Shown piece after piece: positions 44,706-58,973 of a DNA stretch of 64,000 nucleotides. The stretch's first letter is position 1. Every line of letters begins with the position of its first letter. The stretch lies in NCBI GenBank assembly GCA_951406725.2, contig OX597819.1, positions 102,486,001-102,550,000 of the forward strand. The letters run 5' to 3'. The notes under the pieces are model-generated. The model was given only the letters and a program-made list of their open reading frames with translations. It was not told the DNA's origin and searched no databases. A program made the position numbers and the translations under genes. The DNA is from Octopus vulgaris (lineage: Eukaryota).

Positions 44706-44762
<57 letters not shown>
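44468..44762. repeat. (GATA)n array with three copies of a higher-order spacer
   Basis: aagtagggaggtaggtagtt recurs at ~44538, 44610 and 44658. Confidence 0.95.
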
Positions 44763-45854
44763 CAAAACTATATTCGATGGCAGCCATTGTTAATCTCTAA
44801 CATTAATGGTATGAGGACAAAGTTGAACAACGAAATTTTTCAATAGTAAAAATTAAATACAATTAACCGAAATGTCGAACAGAGAAGTGTGACCATGGAC
44901 GTATTAAGTTTGGTCATTAAAAGCGGACTTGTCTTATGCAAGAAAATAAGTTTAAACAAAAAATAAAATAAAACATCAACGGCAAAAGTTTTTAAATAAA
45001 AGCAATATAAAAAAAGCAAAGCTATTATAGTGAGGAATGAACTAATGCTTATTTCAACATATAATCAACTGAGAAAATAGATTTATGTTTGGAATGACAC
45101 GTTGTTATAAAGAGTATGAGTGATATTCTGGTTATTCAACTTGTTACAGGAATTCGACTGGGTTAAGAAACAACGGGAGTGGCGGTGATGTTAGTGGCGA
45201 TGGTGGTGGTAATGTTATTGGTGGTAATGGTGGGGATGTTGTTGTTATTGGTGGTTGTGGTGGTGGTGGTGGCGTTGACAGCGACAATAACAGCAGTAAC
45301 ATCATCATCATCATCATCCTCATCGTTATCACCACACTCACCAACACCAACAAGAATACCAATAGCAGTAATAACACTACCACCACCACCATCACCAACA
45401 CCACCACCACCAACAACAACAACAACATCAACAGCAGTAGCAACTACTACGATAAAATCATCGCCAACAACACCAAGAAGGACGAAGACAACATCGCCAT
45501 CAGACAACAACAATAGCACGACCAGCAATATTAGAACCACCACCACCACCACAACCACCACCACCACTAGCAACCAACAACAACAATAGCAACAAAAACA
45601 TCACAACTACTAGGAACAACAACCCTTACCATCACCACCACTCCTAACAACAACAACGACAGAAAGTAGCAGCGGCGCGGCAACTTGAAAAGAAAACGAC
45701 AGTAAGCGATTAGAATGATAAAAAAAAAAATATAAGAAAAGAAAACGGAATAGAAACCGCCGCCACCATCACCACAGCAACAATGAACTACAATAACAGC
45801 AGCAGCAACAACAACAACAACAACAACTACAGCAATTATTACGGGAATAGTGAA

Positions 45855-46962
45855 GGTGACGAGCTTGCAGAATGGTTAGAACGCCGCGCGAAAATTTTAG
45901 TGGCATTTTGCCCTCCTTTACGTTTTGAGTTCAAAATCTGCTGAGATTGTCTGTCAATAATCCTTTTGGTGTCAGTGTAATCGACATCAGCTAATGTGGC
46001 GAACTGGCAGAATCGTTAGCACACCGGGCAAAATGCTTAGCAGTATTTCGTCTGTTGTTACGTCCTGAGTTCAAATTCCGCCGAGTTCGACTTTGCCTTT
46101 CACCCTTTCATTCTCGATTAAATAAGTACCAGTTACGTACTGGGGTCGATATAATCGACGTAACCCGTTTGTCTGTCCTTGTTTGTCCCCTCTGTGTGTA
46201 GCCCCTTGTGGGCTGTAGAGAAATAAGAATCGTTAGCACGCCGGCCAAAATGCTTAGCGGTAATCCGTCCGTCTTTGCGTTTTGTGTTCAAATTCCGTTA
46301 AGATTGACTTTGCATTTTATCCTTTCGGGGTCGATAAAATAACTACCATTGAGTACTGGGATAGATGCAATTGATTTACCCTCTCCCCAAAATTGCTTTC
46401 CCCGTGCCAATATTTGAAACCAGCGTCTGAGAAAATGCATTGTGATATTTAGTTAGGGCGAAATGCGTAGCCGTATTTCGTTTGTCGTTACGTTCTGAGT
46501 TCAAATTCCGCCGAGGTCAACTTTGCCTTTCATCCTTTCAGGGTCGATAAATTAAGTACCAGTTACGCACTGGGGTCGATGTAATCGACTTAATACCTCT
46601 GTCTGGCCTTGTTTGTTCCCTCTATGTTTAGCTCCTTGTGGGTAATAAAGAAATAGGTATTTAGTTAGGGCTCATTATGTTCTGAGTTCGAATAACAACG
46701 AAGCCAATTTTGCCTTTCATACTTCTAGGGTCGATAAATAAAGAACCACTTAGATAATCGATGGTAACGATTTATAGCTTTGTGTCTTTAATAATGACAC
46801 TTATTAGAATTGTGGTGTCGTTTGGCAGAACCGTACAGATGCTGTCGAACTTGCTTTTATCCTCCTAGAGTCAGCCAAAAAGTTCCAGTTGGGTACTGAT
46901 ATTGATATAGTGAACTACCACCTCAAACTAAAATTGCAACCTTATGCCAAGATTCGAAACCT
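45855..46962 (+). mobile_element. Head-to-tail, nested cluster of about six family-B tRNA-derived SINEs
   Basis: Repeated ggcga.ctggcagaatcgttagc (A box), gagttcaaattcc (B box) and gactttgcctttcatcctttcggggtcgataaa..aagtacc core. Confidence 0.88.
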
Positions 46963-46982
46963 CTATTATATATATGTATATA

Positions 46983-47207
46983 CAATAATTCCTCGACTAT
47001 CGTAGGTTTTATGTTCCGATAGGTGAAAATCTACGAAATAGAAACAGTACTGTACAATATTAGAATTTTTTTTTTTTATAATTTGTATAAATTTATTTTA
47101 TTATAAATTCAAAACAGCACCACGGAGGAATCGACTTAAGCTTAAATAATAAACCGCGATAAGTGAACTGCGATAAGTGAACCGCGACATGGCGAGGGAT
47201 TACTCTG
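46983..47207. mobile_element. Tigger/pogo-like MITE
   Basis: TA|CAATAATTCCTCG ... CGAGGGATTACTCTG|TA imperfect TIRs; subterminal ccgcgataagtgaa repeats. Confidence 0.65.
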
Positions 47208-47288
47208 TATATATATATATATGGGGGGGGAGATGATTTGAATATTCTGGATGTTGTTAGGTGAAAGGATAAGTAGTTGAGGGATTTC

Positions 47289-47618
47289 TGTGAAGACGCA
47301 TGGTTCAGTGGTTATAGCGTCGAGCTTACGATCGTGAGGTTGTGAGTTCGATTCACGGACCGGGCTGCGTGTTGTGTTCTTGAGCAAGACACTTTATTTC
47401 GCATTGCTCCAGTTAACTCAGCTGTAGAAATAAGTTGCGACATTACTGGTACCAAGCTGTATCGGCCCCTTTGCGATTGGATAACATCAGTGGTATGGAG
47501 AGGGGAGGCTGGTATGCATGGGTGACTCTGGCCTCCACAAAAAACCTTGCCCGACTTGTGCCTGGAAGGGCAACTTTCTAGGTGCAATTCCATGGTCATT
47601 CATGACCGAAGGGGGTCT
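47289..47618 (+). mobile_element. tRNA-derived SINE family C
   Basis: tggttcagtggtta (A box), gagttcgattc (B box), ttcttgagcaagacactt conserved domain. Related heads at 43725-43860 and 50395-50835 on the minus strand. Confidence 0.8.
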
Positions 47619-48895
47619 CCTCCTTCTAAGGGATTTCTGCTGCTTTTTCCGTAATTTTAGTGTGATATGTACTAAATTTATTTGCTCAGCCAGGAATAAT
47701 ATTTGTAATTCTTATTTTACCAATATTTTAAAATGCAGTCTTGCAAAATTCGTATGATTTATTACATTTTCTCGGGTTGCACATACCAAAAGTTCAGATA
47801 AACTGCTTGCACAAGTAGGTATTAGATATTACTACCAAATCATTAGTAGCAATAGTGATGCCGAATTTGATGCAAAAGTACAACCAAAACTTTGTCACCG
47901 GATGTACCTGACGATATTCAACATTGACCAAAAGCAACTTTGAACACAGCTTGCAATTTTTGTTTCTTCCCTAAATTTCTTAAACGTTCGTTTCCAAAAC
48001 AACGACTATATTTCTAACGTATTCGTCAATACAATCACCCATTATATTAGTTTTATTTTGCAATTCAGCAGGATATCTGCTGTGTTGTACATATTTGCCC
48101 TCTCCGTTGCATCCTAACATTATGGATTCCAGATAAATTTAAAACATGTCGCATGATCCATATTTTCCAGAAAGCATTTCGCTACCTCCTGTTCAGGTTC
48201 GTGTTATTCTTAGTATTTCTTGCATTGCTACAAACAGAATGTCAAAATTTTGATGGTCATTTTACTTAATGAAGTCTATTTTTGATCTCTATCGTTGATC
48301 CGAACTAATTAAAAAGAAAAAAGCTTTTATTTTTATTTCAGTCATTGGGAGGCTTCCGTTACTTGTTTGGAAATTCGATGACGAAGCAACGCTTTGTCCC
48401 TGTTCATTATAAAGCTTTCCGTTGTGAATAAAGTTATGCACTTGTGATTTGCTGTTGATGTGGTCTTGAGATATTTTACATTTGCTAACATTTCGTCTCT
48501 AATTATTCCTAAGTTCTCCTCTAGCAACGACAACATACATTCCTTTAGAACTCGTAATTATCAAATTCAGAATCGTAAATACAAGACCCTTATTAATCCC
48601 GTTTCAAAGAACACAAAAACATTAAAGCACACAAGATACATAAAGCCATTTCGCAGAGTAACACAGAAGAGCCAAACAAATATCACGGATTCAAGGCAAC
48701 AAATCAGTGACACATTTGGTTGCTGTTGAGCGAAGAAAAACAAAACAAAAGAAAATTTATATTTTGTTTCTCTTTGTCTCTTTACACTGAAGTAAATCAA
48801 ATTCTTATGCGAAGACTCAAAATCATCATGACGAATTCATAAATGCGTAGACCGCAGTATTCCAACAAAATAATTTCAATATTTCCTATGTGTGA

Positions 48896-49292
48896 CAGCG
48901 AGCTAGCAGAAACGTTAGTACGCCAGGCGAAATGCGTAGCCGTATTTCGTCTGCCGTTACGTTCTGAGTTCAGGTTCCGCCGAGGTCGACTTTGCCTTTC
49001 ATCCTTTCGGAGTCGATTAAATAAGTACCAGTTACGCACTGGGGTCGATGTAATCGACTTAATCCTTTTGTCTGTCCTTATTTGTCCCCCTTGTGTTTAG
49101 CCCCTTGTGGGTAGTAATGAAATAGGTATTTCGTCTGTCTTAACGCTCTGAGTTCAAATTCCGCCGAAGTCGACTTTGCTTTTCATCCTTTCGGGATCGA
49201 TGAATTAAGTACCAGTTGCGTACTGGCGTCGATCTAATCGACTGGCTCCCTCCTCACAAATTTCGGGCCTTGTGCCTAGAGCAGAAAAGAAT
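48896..49292 (+). mobile_element. Nested family-B SINE pair
   Basis: Full copy to ~49123, then the junction gaaata|ggtatttcgtctg continuing into a second body with a different tail. Confidence 0.85.
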
Positions 49293-49525
49293 ATTTTCTA
49301 TGTGTCTGTCTCTTCCCTCTCCCATCTCTCTCTCTCACTCATATTCTCTCTCTAGCTATCTATTAGTTTTTCTGTCATCCCGTCCTTCTCTCTATATATA
49401 TATTCACTCACTCGCATGTATGCGCGCACGCACACACTCATACATGTATACATATATACATATATGCCTATATTTGTATATGTTAAACTGTGTGTGAGTA
49501 TATATGTATAAGCATACAAATATGT

Positions 49526-49571
<46 letters not shown>

Positions 49572-51246
49572 GAGCAAAACGCCCCCCGTCCAATGGACGG
49601 TGCTGAGTTGTCTAACATTTAAACCAAATTTTCTCAAAACAACTTGTCCGACCGTCCCATAGGCCTCCACTTTAAGAAACACTGATTTAACCTAAATTTG
49701 AGACACCAGCAAATGAAGAAATAAAGATAGACTTTTTTTCTATTCCAAGAAAAACGATTTTACAAATGCACGTTCACACGGCTTTATTGATCGCATTCTC
49801 ACCTGGAATCGATTTTTGTAATTTTTTCAAGATTTATACATGCCCTGATAGCGTCGGTATTTACATATCAAAAGTGAGCGCAATCGGGTGGAGGATGCCC
49901 GAGATCCTAGAAGACACACAGGCAGACAGAACGGATTTTATATAATAGATGTATGTGGGAGAGAGAAAGAGAGAGAGATAGAATGCGTGCGTGTCTTCTG
50001 TATGTATCTATGAATGTATTCATCTATATTAGTGCGTAAGACCCTCGACCCTTTCCATTGTGGATCCTTTGAATGCTGTTACAAGGAGCTGAAAACAACT
50101 CATGTGACAAATGAATCCATGCATCACTTAGTGTCACGAGTGAGATATTGCAGTCGATACAGCGGCAACAAGTAGCCCTGACATGCAACGTCCTTGATTT
50201 ATAGTGAATTAAGGGGCCCATCTCTCCAAGTATCATTATCTTCACTAAGAAAGAGACAGGTTCGGTGGTAGAAGTAACTCAAGACGACTGAGATCTCCTC
50301 CCGTGAGCGAGTTGAGACGACAAAGCGATACTGATTGGAAGCTGGTGATTTGGCTCAGCCCAAATGGACATTGAGCCTGCTTTCAGTAAATGTACTTACC
50401 GGGACTACAGCCAAAGAGACCCACATGCACGCTAGAGCGTGCAGAAATATTTACATTTTGACAGAGGAGGAAAGGGGAAGAGAGATGCATTAGACGCATC
50501 ACATATATGTATATACACGGCACTCCTTCCACTACGACAACGAGGGTACCAGTTGCTGCGATCAACAGAACAGCCTGCTCGTGAAATTAACGTGCAATTG
50601 GCTGAGCACTCCACAGACACCCATACCCTTAATGTAATTCCAAGTGAAGGGTAATTCAGCGTGAAACAAAGTGTGACAAGGCTGGTCCTTTGAAATACAG
50701 GTACTACTCATTTTTACAAGCTGAGTAGACTGCAGCAGCGGGAAATAAAGTCTTTTGTTCAGGAATGCAACGCGTCGCCGAGAATTGAACTCGCGACCTT
50801 ACGATCATGAGCCGAATAACGCCCGCGCCTTCACAAGCACTTTCATCTTCCATACCTACATAGCCAACGCGCACAATTTATGTAAATCTCGACCAGAAAG
50901 CTCAAAGAAAATAAATAAATAATAATAAAGATATCGTGTCGTTAGAATGAATTCTTTTCTGCACCGAGATAAGAAGCAATCGCTTGTCACATAAGCAATT
51001 GTAAGCAAAGTAACTGGTTCCTCGGAAGTTTGTAACCAACTATGTCATTATTTATTACTTGTAATTAAAAATTAATAATTAAACATTAAAAAGTATGTCA
51101 ACTCTCGGGGGTCTCAGTAAATAACATAAACAACAAAACACATAACACAATAACAGCAACAATCATGTAAATAGCAACTGCAATAATATAACAAGAACAA
51201 GAACAATGAAATAAATATTTTTATTTAACTTAAATGGCTTATATAC

Positions 51247-51293
<47 letters not shown>

Positions 51294-51825
51294 GTGAAGG
51301 TTGTCGCTAGTGAAATGGCAGCTAGCCAGAGTAAATAATTTACAAAATATTCTTACAAATGGAGTTCAAAATTTTGTACAGTTTACTTTGCTGATAGTTC
51401 AACTAAGTCCGATGAAATATAGGCGCTGCCATGGCTACGTGGTAAAAAGCTTGCTTCCCAACCACACCGTTCCGAGTTCAGTTCCACTGTGTGACACCGT
51501 GTGCAAGTGTCTTTTGCTATAGCCCCGGGCCTACAAAAGCTTTCTGAGTTGATTTGGTAGACGGAAACTGAAAGCCGGTCGCACATATATATATATATAT
51601 AAATTTATAATAAGGATAATATCGATATTATCAAGTGGCCAGCATGGGAATAAATATCATACAAACGTAATAATTTTTTCCAACTAAAAATAAGGGTGTC
51701 TGAGAAACACCACAATGCCGAAATAGCAGTCAACTCTCTGAGTCTAAAAACCACCTTAAATGTTCATATCGCACCATGAGATAAGAGAGGGACAAAATGG
51801 ACTAGCAAAACGATATTACTGAATA

Positions 51826-51884
51826 ATTCAAGATCCTGGATTTCTAGCTTTGCTTCAAATAAGCTCTGCCTTCATCAGTTGAAT
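51826..51884 (-). ncRNA. Minimal type-I hammerhead with intact core and displaced stem II
   Basis: Minus strand reads ATTCAA-CTGATGA-AGGCAG-AGCTT-(10 nt)-AAGCT-A-GAAA-TCCAGGA-TC-TTGAAT. Stem I is a perfect 6 bp; AUC site. Confidence 0.65.
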
Positions 51885-51905
51885 ATATCAGATGGGCACA
51901 TAAAT

Positions 51906-51949
<44 letters not shown>

Positions 51950-51952
<3 letters not shown>

Positions 51953-52632
51953 GCGTCGGCAACATGCGGCCCGCGAGCTCCTTCTGTGCGGCCCGCGGTA
52001 CATTGTACGGATTTCCATTAGGTGCGGGCCGTGAGACATTTCCTGCGACCCGGTGGGGTTTTTTTAACCGACGGTAAATTTAACAGCCAATCAGTTGCGA
52101 GGCGAGTTCCAGAGGCGCTTCAAGAATGTGCGCGACTGTGAGAAGGAGCTGAAGCTAATCTCCGCTCCCACTGATGTGAATTCTGTGGAAGTGATCAAAG
52201 ACCTTCAGCTGGAGCTCATTGAGCTCCTGTGCTCTGAGAGCCATCGCACAAATTTGCGCTTGTGTCGGCCATGAAGTTCTGGCGCTCGATCTCAGCCTCC
52301 CGTGTTTTCCCGGCTCTTGTTCGGGAGGCCCTGCGCTCATGTTCCTTGTTCGGATCTACATACTCTTGCGAGTAGCTATTCAGCCGCATGAAGCTGACGA
52401 ACAAGACGAGAGCATAGCTTACAGACGTTCATCTTCAAGACGTTCTCCTCCTGGCCTCCTCGTCCAACAAGACATACATTGACTCTTTATCTGTTTCAAA
52501 GAATCACCAGCCTTCACATTAATCGTTTCAAATTGTGATTACTGCAATTCTTAATAAAGGTTCAATTTATATTTATCCTCATTGATTGTGTGTTTGTTAA
52601 TTTTCGAGTTGGGATGAGGGTGCGGCCCAAGA
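51950..52632 (+). mobile_element. Internally deleted hAT (Charlie/Buster-like) transposon remnant
   Basis: Terminus CAGGCGTCGGCAAC with repeated TGCGGCCC motifs; DLQLELIEL and SLFGSTYSCE*LFSRMKL (hAT C-terminal dimerisation region). Confidence 0.85.
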
Positions 52633-52893
52633 TTATTGCGGCTTTAGTAAATGTATGTGTGTATGTGTGTGCGTATGTTTGTGTGTGCATGTGTGTCTTT
52701 GTATGTGTTTCCAGCACCACTACTTAGCAATCGGGGTAGATCTGTTGAAGACTCCGTTCGGCAAATGAGACATAAAATAACTAACAAATTTTTAAAAGAT
52801 GGCTACGGTCGATTTGTTAGACTGCTCCCTTCAAAGCACACGCACCAGCACCACCGCAGTGCAATGAGCAAAACAAGTTAATATATATATATA

Positions 52894-53005
<112 letters not shown>

Positions 53006-53292
53006 ATATATATATGTCGAAACAATTTGTTGGCCTTTTATGTTTTACTTTAAATAATTGTTTGTTATATTTTATTCACAGTATATCATGTAATATTATA
53101 ATATAAATAAATAATTGGATTGTCAATAGTATCTCGCTAATTAATTTATCTTTATAATTGCATTTTACGAATATTTATATGGTATTTAACTGACGAACAC
53201 ACCCCTTTGAAGGATCACTTTTCCTAAATTTGTTACTATATATATATGTATATCTGTGTGTGTGTATTATATATACATACATATATGATATA

Positions 53293-53342
<50 letters not shown>

Positions 53343-53344
<2 letters not shown>

Positions 53345-53541
53345 TTTACTCTTTTACTTGTTTCAGTTATTTGACTGCGGCTATGCTGGAGCACCACCTT
53401 TAGTCGAGCAAATCGACCCCGGGACTTATTCTTTGTAAGCCCAGTACTTATTCTGTCGGTCTCTTTTTGTCGAACCGCTAAGTGACAGGGACGTAAACAC
53501 ACAAGCGGGGGACAAACACAGACACACAAACATATACACAC

Positions 53542-53602
<61 letters not shown>

Positions 53603-53715
53603 TACGACAGGCTTCTTTCAGTTTCCGTCTATCAAATCCACTCACAAGGCATTGGTCGGCCCGAGGCTATAGCAGAAGACACTTGCCCAAGATGCCACGC
53701 AGTTGAATGAACCAG
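53343..53715 (-). mobile_element. Family-A SINE, head truncated
   Basis: Reverse complement of 28050-28398. Confidence 0.85.
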
Positions 53716-53870
53716 AAGCAGTTGTAGTATTTTGACGCTCTGGAGAAATAGATAAGTCTTTGACGTTTCAAGCCAATTCTTTTCGACACAAAGAGATGAG
53801 AGGAAAAAGTTGGGGAGAGAGAAAAGAACGGAGAGAGAAAAAAATGTGATAGGACTAACAGATATATATA

Positions 53871-53920
<50 letters not shown>

Positions 53921-54138
53921 TGCATGTATATATATATATATATACATGTATATATATATATATACATGTATATATATATATATATATATACATGTATATA
54001 TATATATATACATGTATATATATATATATATATATACATGTATATATATATATATACTTTGATACTTTGATAGGTTTCGGCCATTATTGGCCCAGGCCAT
54101 GTCTAACTTAATAGCACCACCTGGTGAAGTCTTTCAAG

Positions 54139-56964
54139 TCAGAATTTGGGCACTATGGCCCACTCAAGTAGAGAGTTATTGTTTACAAAGACATATCCGG
54201 GTGTAGGGGGTTTATCCGGGATTTCTTCTTGAAGGAATCTGTCCAAAGACTTCTTGAACCCTATAGGGTCAGTTTCTGTTTTAATGTGTTTTGGTGTAAT
54301 GTTAAAGAGAGCGGGGCCAATTGAGGTGAAATAATTGTGCCGTATTGTTGTTATGAGATGAGAGTGCGATTTTTGTTTTGGGCGGATGGCACGGGGCCCA
54401 AGCCTTGGATGTACCTTAAAGGTGATGCCAACATCATTTGGGCAATGCTGATGGAATATTTTCCACATCATGCAGATGATGTAGCGCTCACGACGACGTT
54501 GGAGAGAATAGAGTTTTAGCTTTTCTAGTCGACCCCAATAGTCGAGGCCTGTCATGCCATCTATCTTTTTTGTGATTGCCCTTTGAGGTGCTTCGACTTT
54601 TATGATACCTTGTATTGTGTGGGGAGACCACAGTGGACAACAGTATTCAAGGTGGGGTCGGGCAAAAGTGGAGAAGAGAAGGATAATGGTGTGGATATCT
54701 CTCGACTGGAAAGTTCTGAGAATCCAGGAACACATTCTGCGGGCCATGTTAACTTTGGTGTTTATATGAGTGGCCCAGCTTACGTTGTTGTCCACAATTA
54801 CTCCCAAGTCTCTGATGTTGTTGGACGCCGCGAGAGTTTCACCTGAAGGAAGGGAGTATGGGAGTTTCAGGGCATCCTCTTTTCCAAAGTGGATTAGCTC
54901 AAATTTATCCTCGTTCAGCAGCATATTGTTTTTTTCTGCCCATTGGATAACAGCCAGTAGATCTGACTGAAGGCATGTCCGGTCACTCGCCTCATTTATG
55001 ACCTTCTGTAGCTTGGAGTCATCTGCAAAGATTTTTATGTTGCTGTGCTTGATGATGTCATTAATGTCATTAATGTAAATGATGAAAAGAAGTGGGCCCA
55101 GCACAGTGCCTTGCGGAACGCCACTACTGACTTTGGCTGGGCTTGATTTTACCCCTTCAACTACAACATGTTGAGATCTGTCTGTCAGGAAACACTTAAT
55201 CCATTTCAGTAACTTTCCAGAGACACCAATGTTGGATAGTTTTTTCAATAGGATCTTGTGATCGACCCTGTCGAAGGCCTTACTGAAATCAAGGTAGATG
55301 ACATCGGTGTTGGAGCCCTCTCCCAAAGCTCTCAAAATGTCCTCAAAGTGATGCAGGAGCTGCGTTAGGCAGTCTCTTCCATTACGGAACCCATGTTGGT
55401 TGGAGATCAGCCGTCTGTTGCTTTCCAGAAATTGGGTTATTTGAGATCTCACCACCCTCTCAAATACCTTGATGATATGAGAGGTGAGTGAGATCGGACG
55501 GTAATTCACTGCAAGGGACTTGTTTCCCTTTTTGAAAACTGGGACAACAGACTGGGACAGAAGGTTTTTTGGAATATAGCCAGCATCCAGTGAGTTTCTC
55601 CACAGATTAGCAAGGGGAGATGCAAGTTGGTGTCGACACACCTTCAGGACACAAGCAGGGAACCTATCGCGGCCTACTGCTGAATTGTGTTTTATTTCGT
55701 TTATCGCCGCTAAGACATCAGGGGCACTAAACGTTATGTCCGATATAGTGTGTTGGGGGTTGACATCACTGATACAGCCCAGATCGGCCATATCAGGATT
55801 GCTGAAAACAGAGCAGTATTGTTTCTGCAGTATCTCGGCCATGGATTTGGCATTATCTTGGAGAGTGCCAGTTTCGTCAATTAGAGGGCCTACAGTGGAG
55901 ACAGTGACCCTGCGTTTCCTCGCAAATGAAAAGAACACTTTGGGGTTGAGTTTGATTTTTTCAATGGCCCACTTCTCCTCAGCTGATCTTTGGTTATTGA
56001 TGAGGGACTTCATGCATTGTTGGAGGTTATATTTTTTGGATTCAAGCAGTGCGATAGCCGTCGAATGTGTGTGTTGCTGTTGGCAGTACTTTAGTTTGTT
56101 AATTTTTTTGTTTGTTCTTTTTATTTTTCTGATAATGGTTTTTCTGTTTTGGGGGATTCTGCACTTTTTGTTCACAGGTCTTGGTGGGGAGTGTTTTGCA
56201 CATATGTCTGTGACGGTGTCTACAAAGATCTGCCAAGATGTTTTATGGTTGGTGGAGATGTGTGTATGTGTAAAGGACCAGTCAACATTTGATAGCTCGT
56301 TCCTGATTGCATCCCAGTTGGCTTTATGGAGATCCATGTTGTCAAATGGGTGGGCTGGAGGAAGGTCACTAGGATTAGCTTTCGGCTGGTGGAATTTCAT
56401 GTTACAGAGAACCATGTCATGGTCTGAAAGAAGGGTTCTTTCCACTGTAACGTTATGTATAGTGTTAGTGTGGTTACTAAACACTAGGTCCAAAATGTTC
56501 TGATGTCTTGTTGGTGCAAGGACAAGTTGGGACAAGAAAAACTCATTCGTAAAGTCGAAAAGTGACTCTGCTGCTTCTTTGTCAGCGGTTGAGGCGGGAG
56601 TGCTTGGTTTCAAACAGTTTGTAGTCCAGTCAACACAGGGTAGATTGAAGTCTCCCATCATGAGTATGTTGCTAGAATGGCACTGTTGAATAAAGCACTT
56701 AATGCTGTTGAGGCATTCTTTAAAGCACAGTATGGGTGTTTGGGGCGGCCTATAGAGCCCAATCACTGTCAGGTCATTGGCTTTGTTGTGCACGGTGACT
56801 GATTCACAGTAGCCGTTGGAGAATATACTATTTCCATCTGCCGTAAATGAATCATGCAGGAAAATGGCAGTTCCACCCTTCCTCCTGCCGATACGATCCG
56901 CGCGGATGGTTGTGAAATTCTTCACTCTCACTGATGCAGGAGCTTCGTTAAGGGGAGTTGTCAA
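54139..56964 (-). CDS. LINE ORF2 (AP-endonuclease C-terminal part plus reverse transcriptase); N-terminal ~11 aa are junction sequence
   Basis: GLYRPP, GDFNLP, ILDLVF, SDH (APE); NYRPISL, QHGFR, YLDFSKAFD, SGVPQGTVLGPLLF, FADD, RDLGV, RPHLEYC, LYSLQRRRERY (RT and thumb); no stops over 941 aa. Confidence 0.9.
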   Translation of the reverse strand: MTTPLNEAPASVRVKNFTTIRADRIGRRKGGTAIFLHDSFTADGNSIFSNGYCESVTVHNKANDLTVIGLYRPPQTPILCFKECLNSIKCFIQQCHSSNILMMGDFNLPCVDWTTNCLKPSTPASTADKEAAESLFDFTNEFFLSQLVLAPTRHQNILDLVFSNHTNTIHNVTVERTLLSDHDMVLCNMKFHQPKANPSDLPPAHPFDNMDLHKANWDAIRNELSNVDWSFTHTHISTNHKTSWQIFVDTVTDICAKHSPPRPVNKKCRIPQNRKTIIRKIKRTNKKINKLKYCQQQHTHSTAIALLESKKYNLQQCMKSLINNQRSAEEKWAIEKIKLNPKVFFSFARKRRVTVSTVGPLIDETGTLQDNAKSMAEILQKQYCSVFSNPDMADLGCISDVNPQHTISDITFSAPDVLAAINEIKHNSAVGRDRFPACVLKVCRHQLASPLANLWRNSLDAGYIPKNLLSQSVVPVFKKGNKSLAVNYRPISLTSHIIKVFERVVRSQITQFLESNRRLISNQHGFRNGRDCLTQLLHHFEDILRALGEGSNTDVIYLDFSKAFDRVDHKILLKKLSNIGVSGKLLKWIKCFLTDRSQHVVVEGVKSSPAKVSSGVPQGTVLGPLLFIIYINDINDIIKHSNIKIFADDSKLQKVINEASDRTCLQSDLLAVIQWAEKNNMLLNEDKFELIHFGKEDALKLPYSLPSGETLAASNNIRDLGVIVDNNVSWATHINTKVNMARRMCSWILRTFQSRDIHTIILLFSTFARPHLEYCCPLWSPHTIQGIIKVEAPQRAITKKIDGMTGLDYWGRLEKLKLYSLQRRRERYIICMMWKIFHQHCPNDVGITFKVHPRLGPRAIRPKQKSHSHLITTIRHNYFTSIGPALFNITPKHIKTETDPIGFKKSLDRFLQEEIPDKPPTPGYVFVNNNSLLEWAIVPKF

Positions 56965-57036
56965 GGTGGGTCCAGTTAGAATGAACCCATGTTGGTGGAG
57001 ATCAGCCGTCTGTTAGAAATTGGGTTATTTGAGATC

Positions 57037-58882
<1,846 letters not shown>

Positions 58883-58904
58883 TAATAACAACAACAACAA
58901 CAAC

Positions 58905-58973
<69 letters not shown>

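Noticed and set aside
44468-44762. Regularly spaced repeats resembling a CRISPR array
   Set aside because: Eukaryotic (GATA)n with duplicated spacers; spacers are not unique and there are no cas genes.
45170-45660. Pro/Thr-rich mucin-like ORFs on both strands
   Set aside because: Back-to-back (GGT)n and (ACC/AAC)n degenerate microsatellites.
45995-46085. tRNA-like A and B boxes
   Set aside because: These are SINE heads continuing into SINE bodies, with no cloverleaf or terminator; no true tRNA gene is supported.
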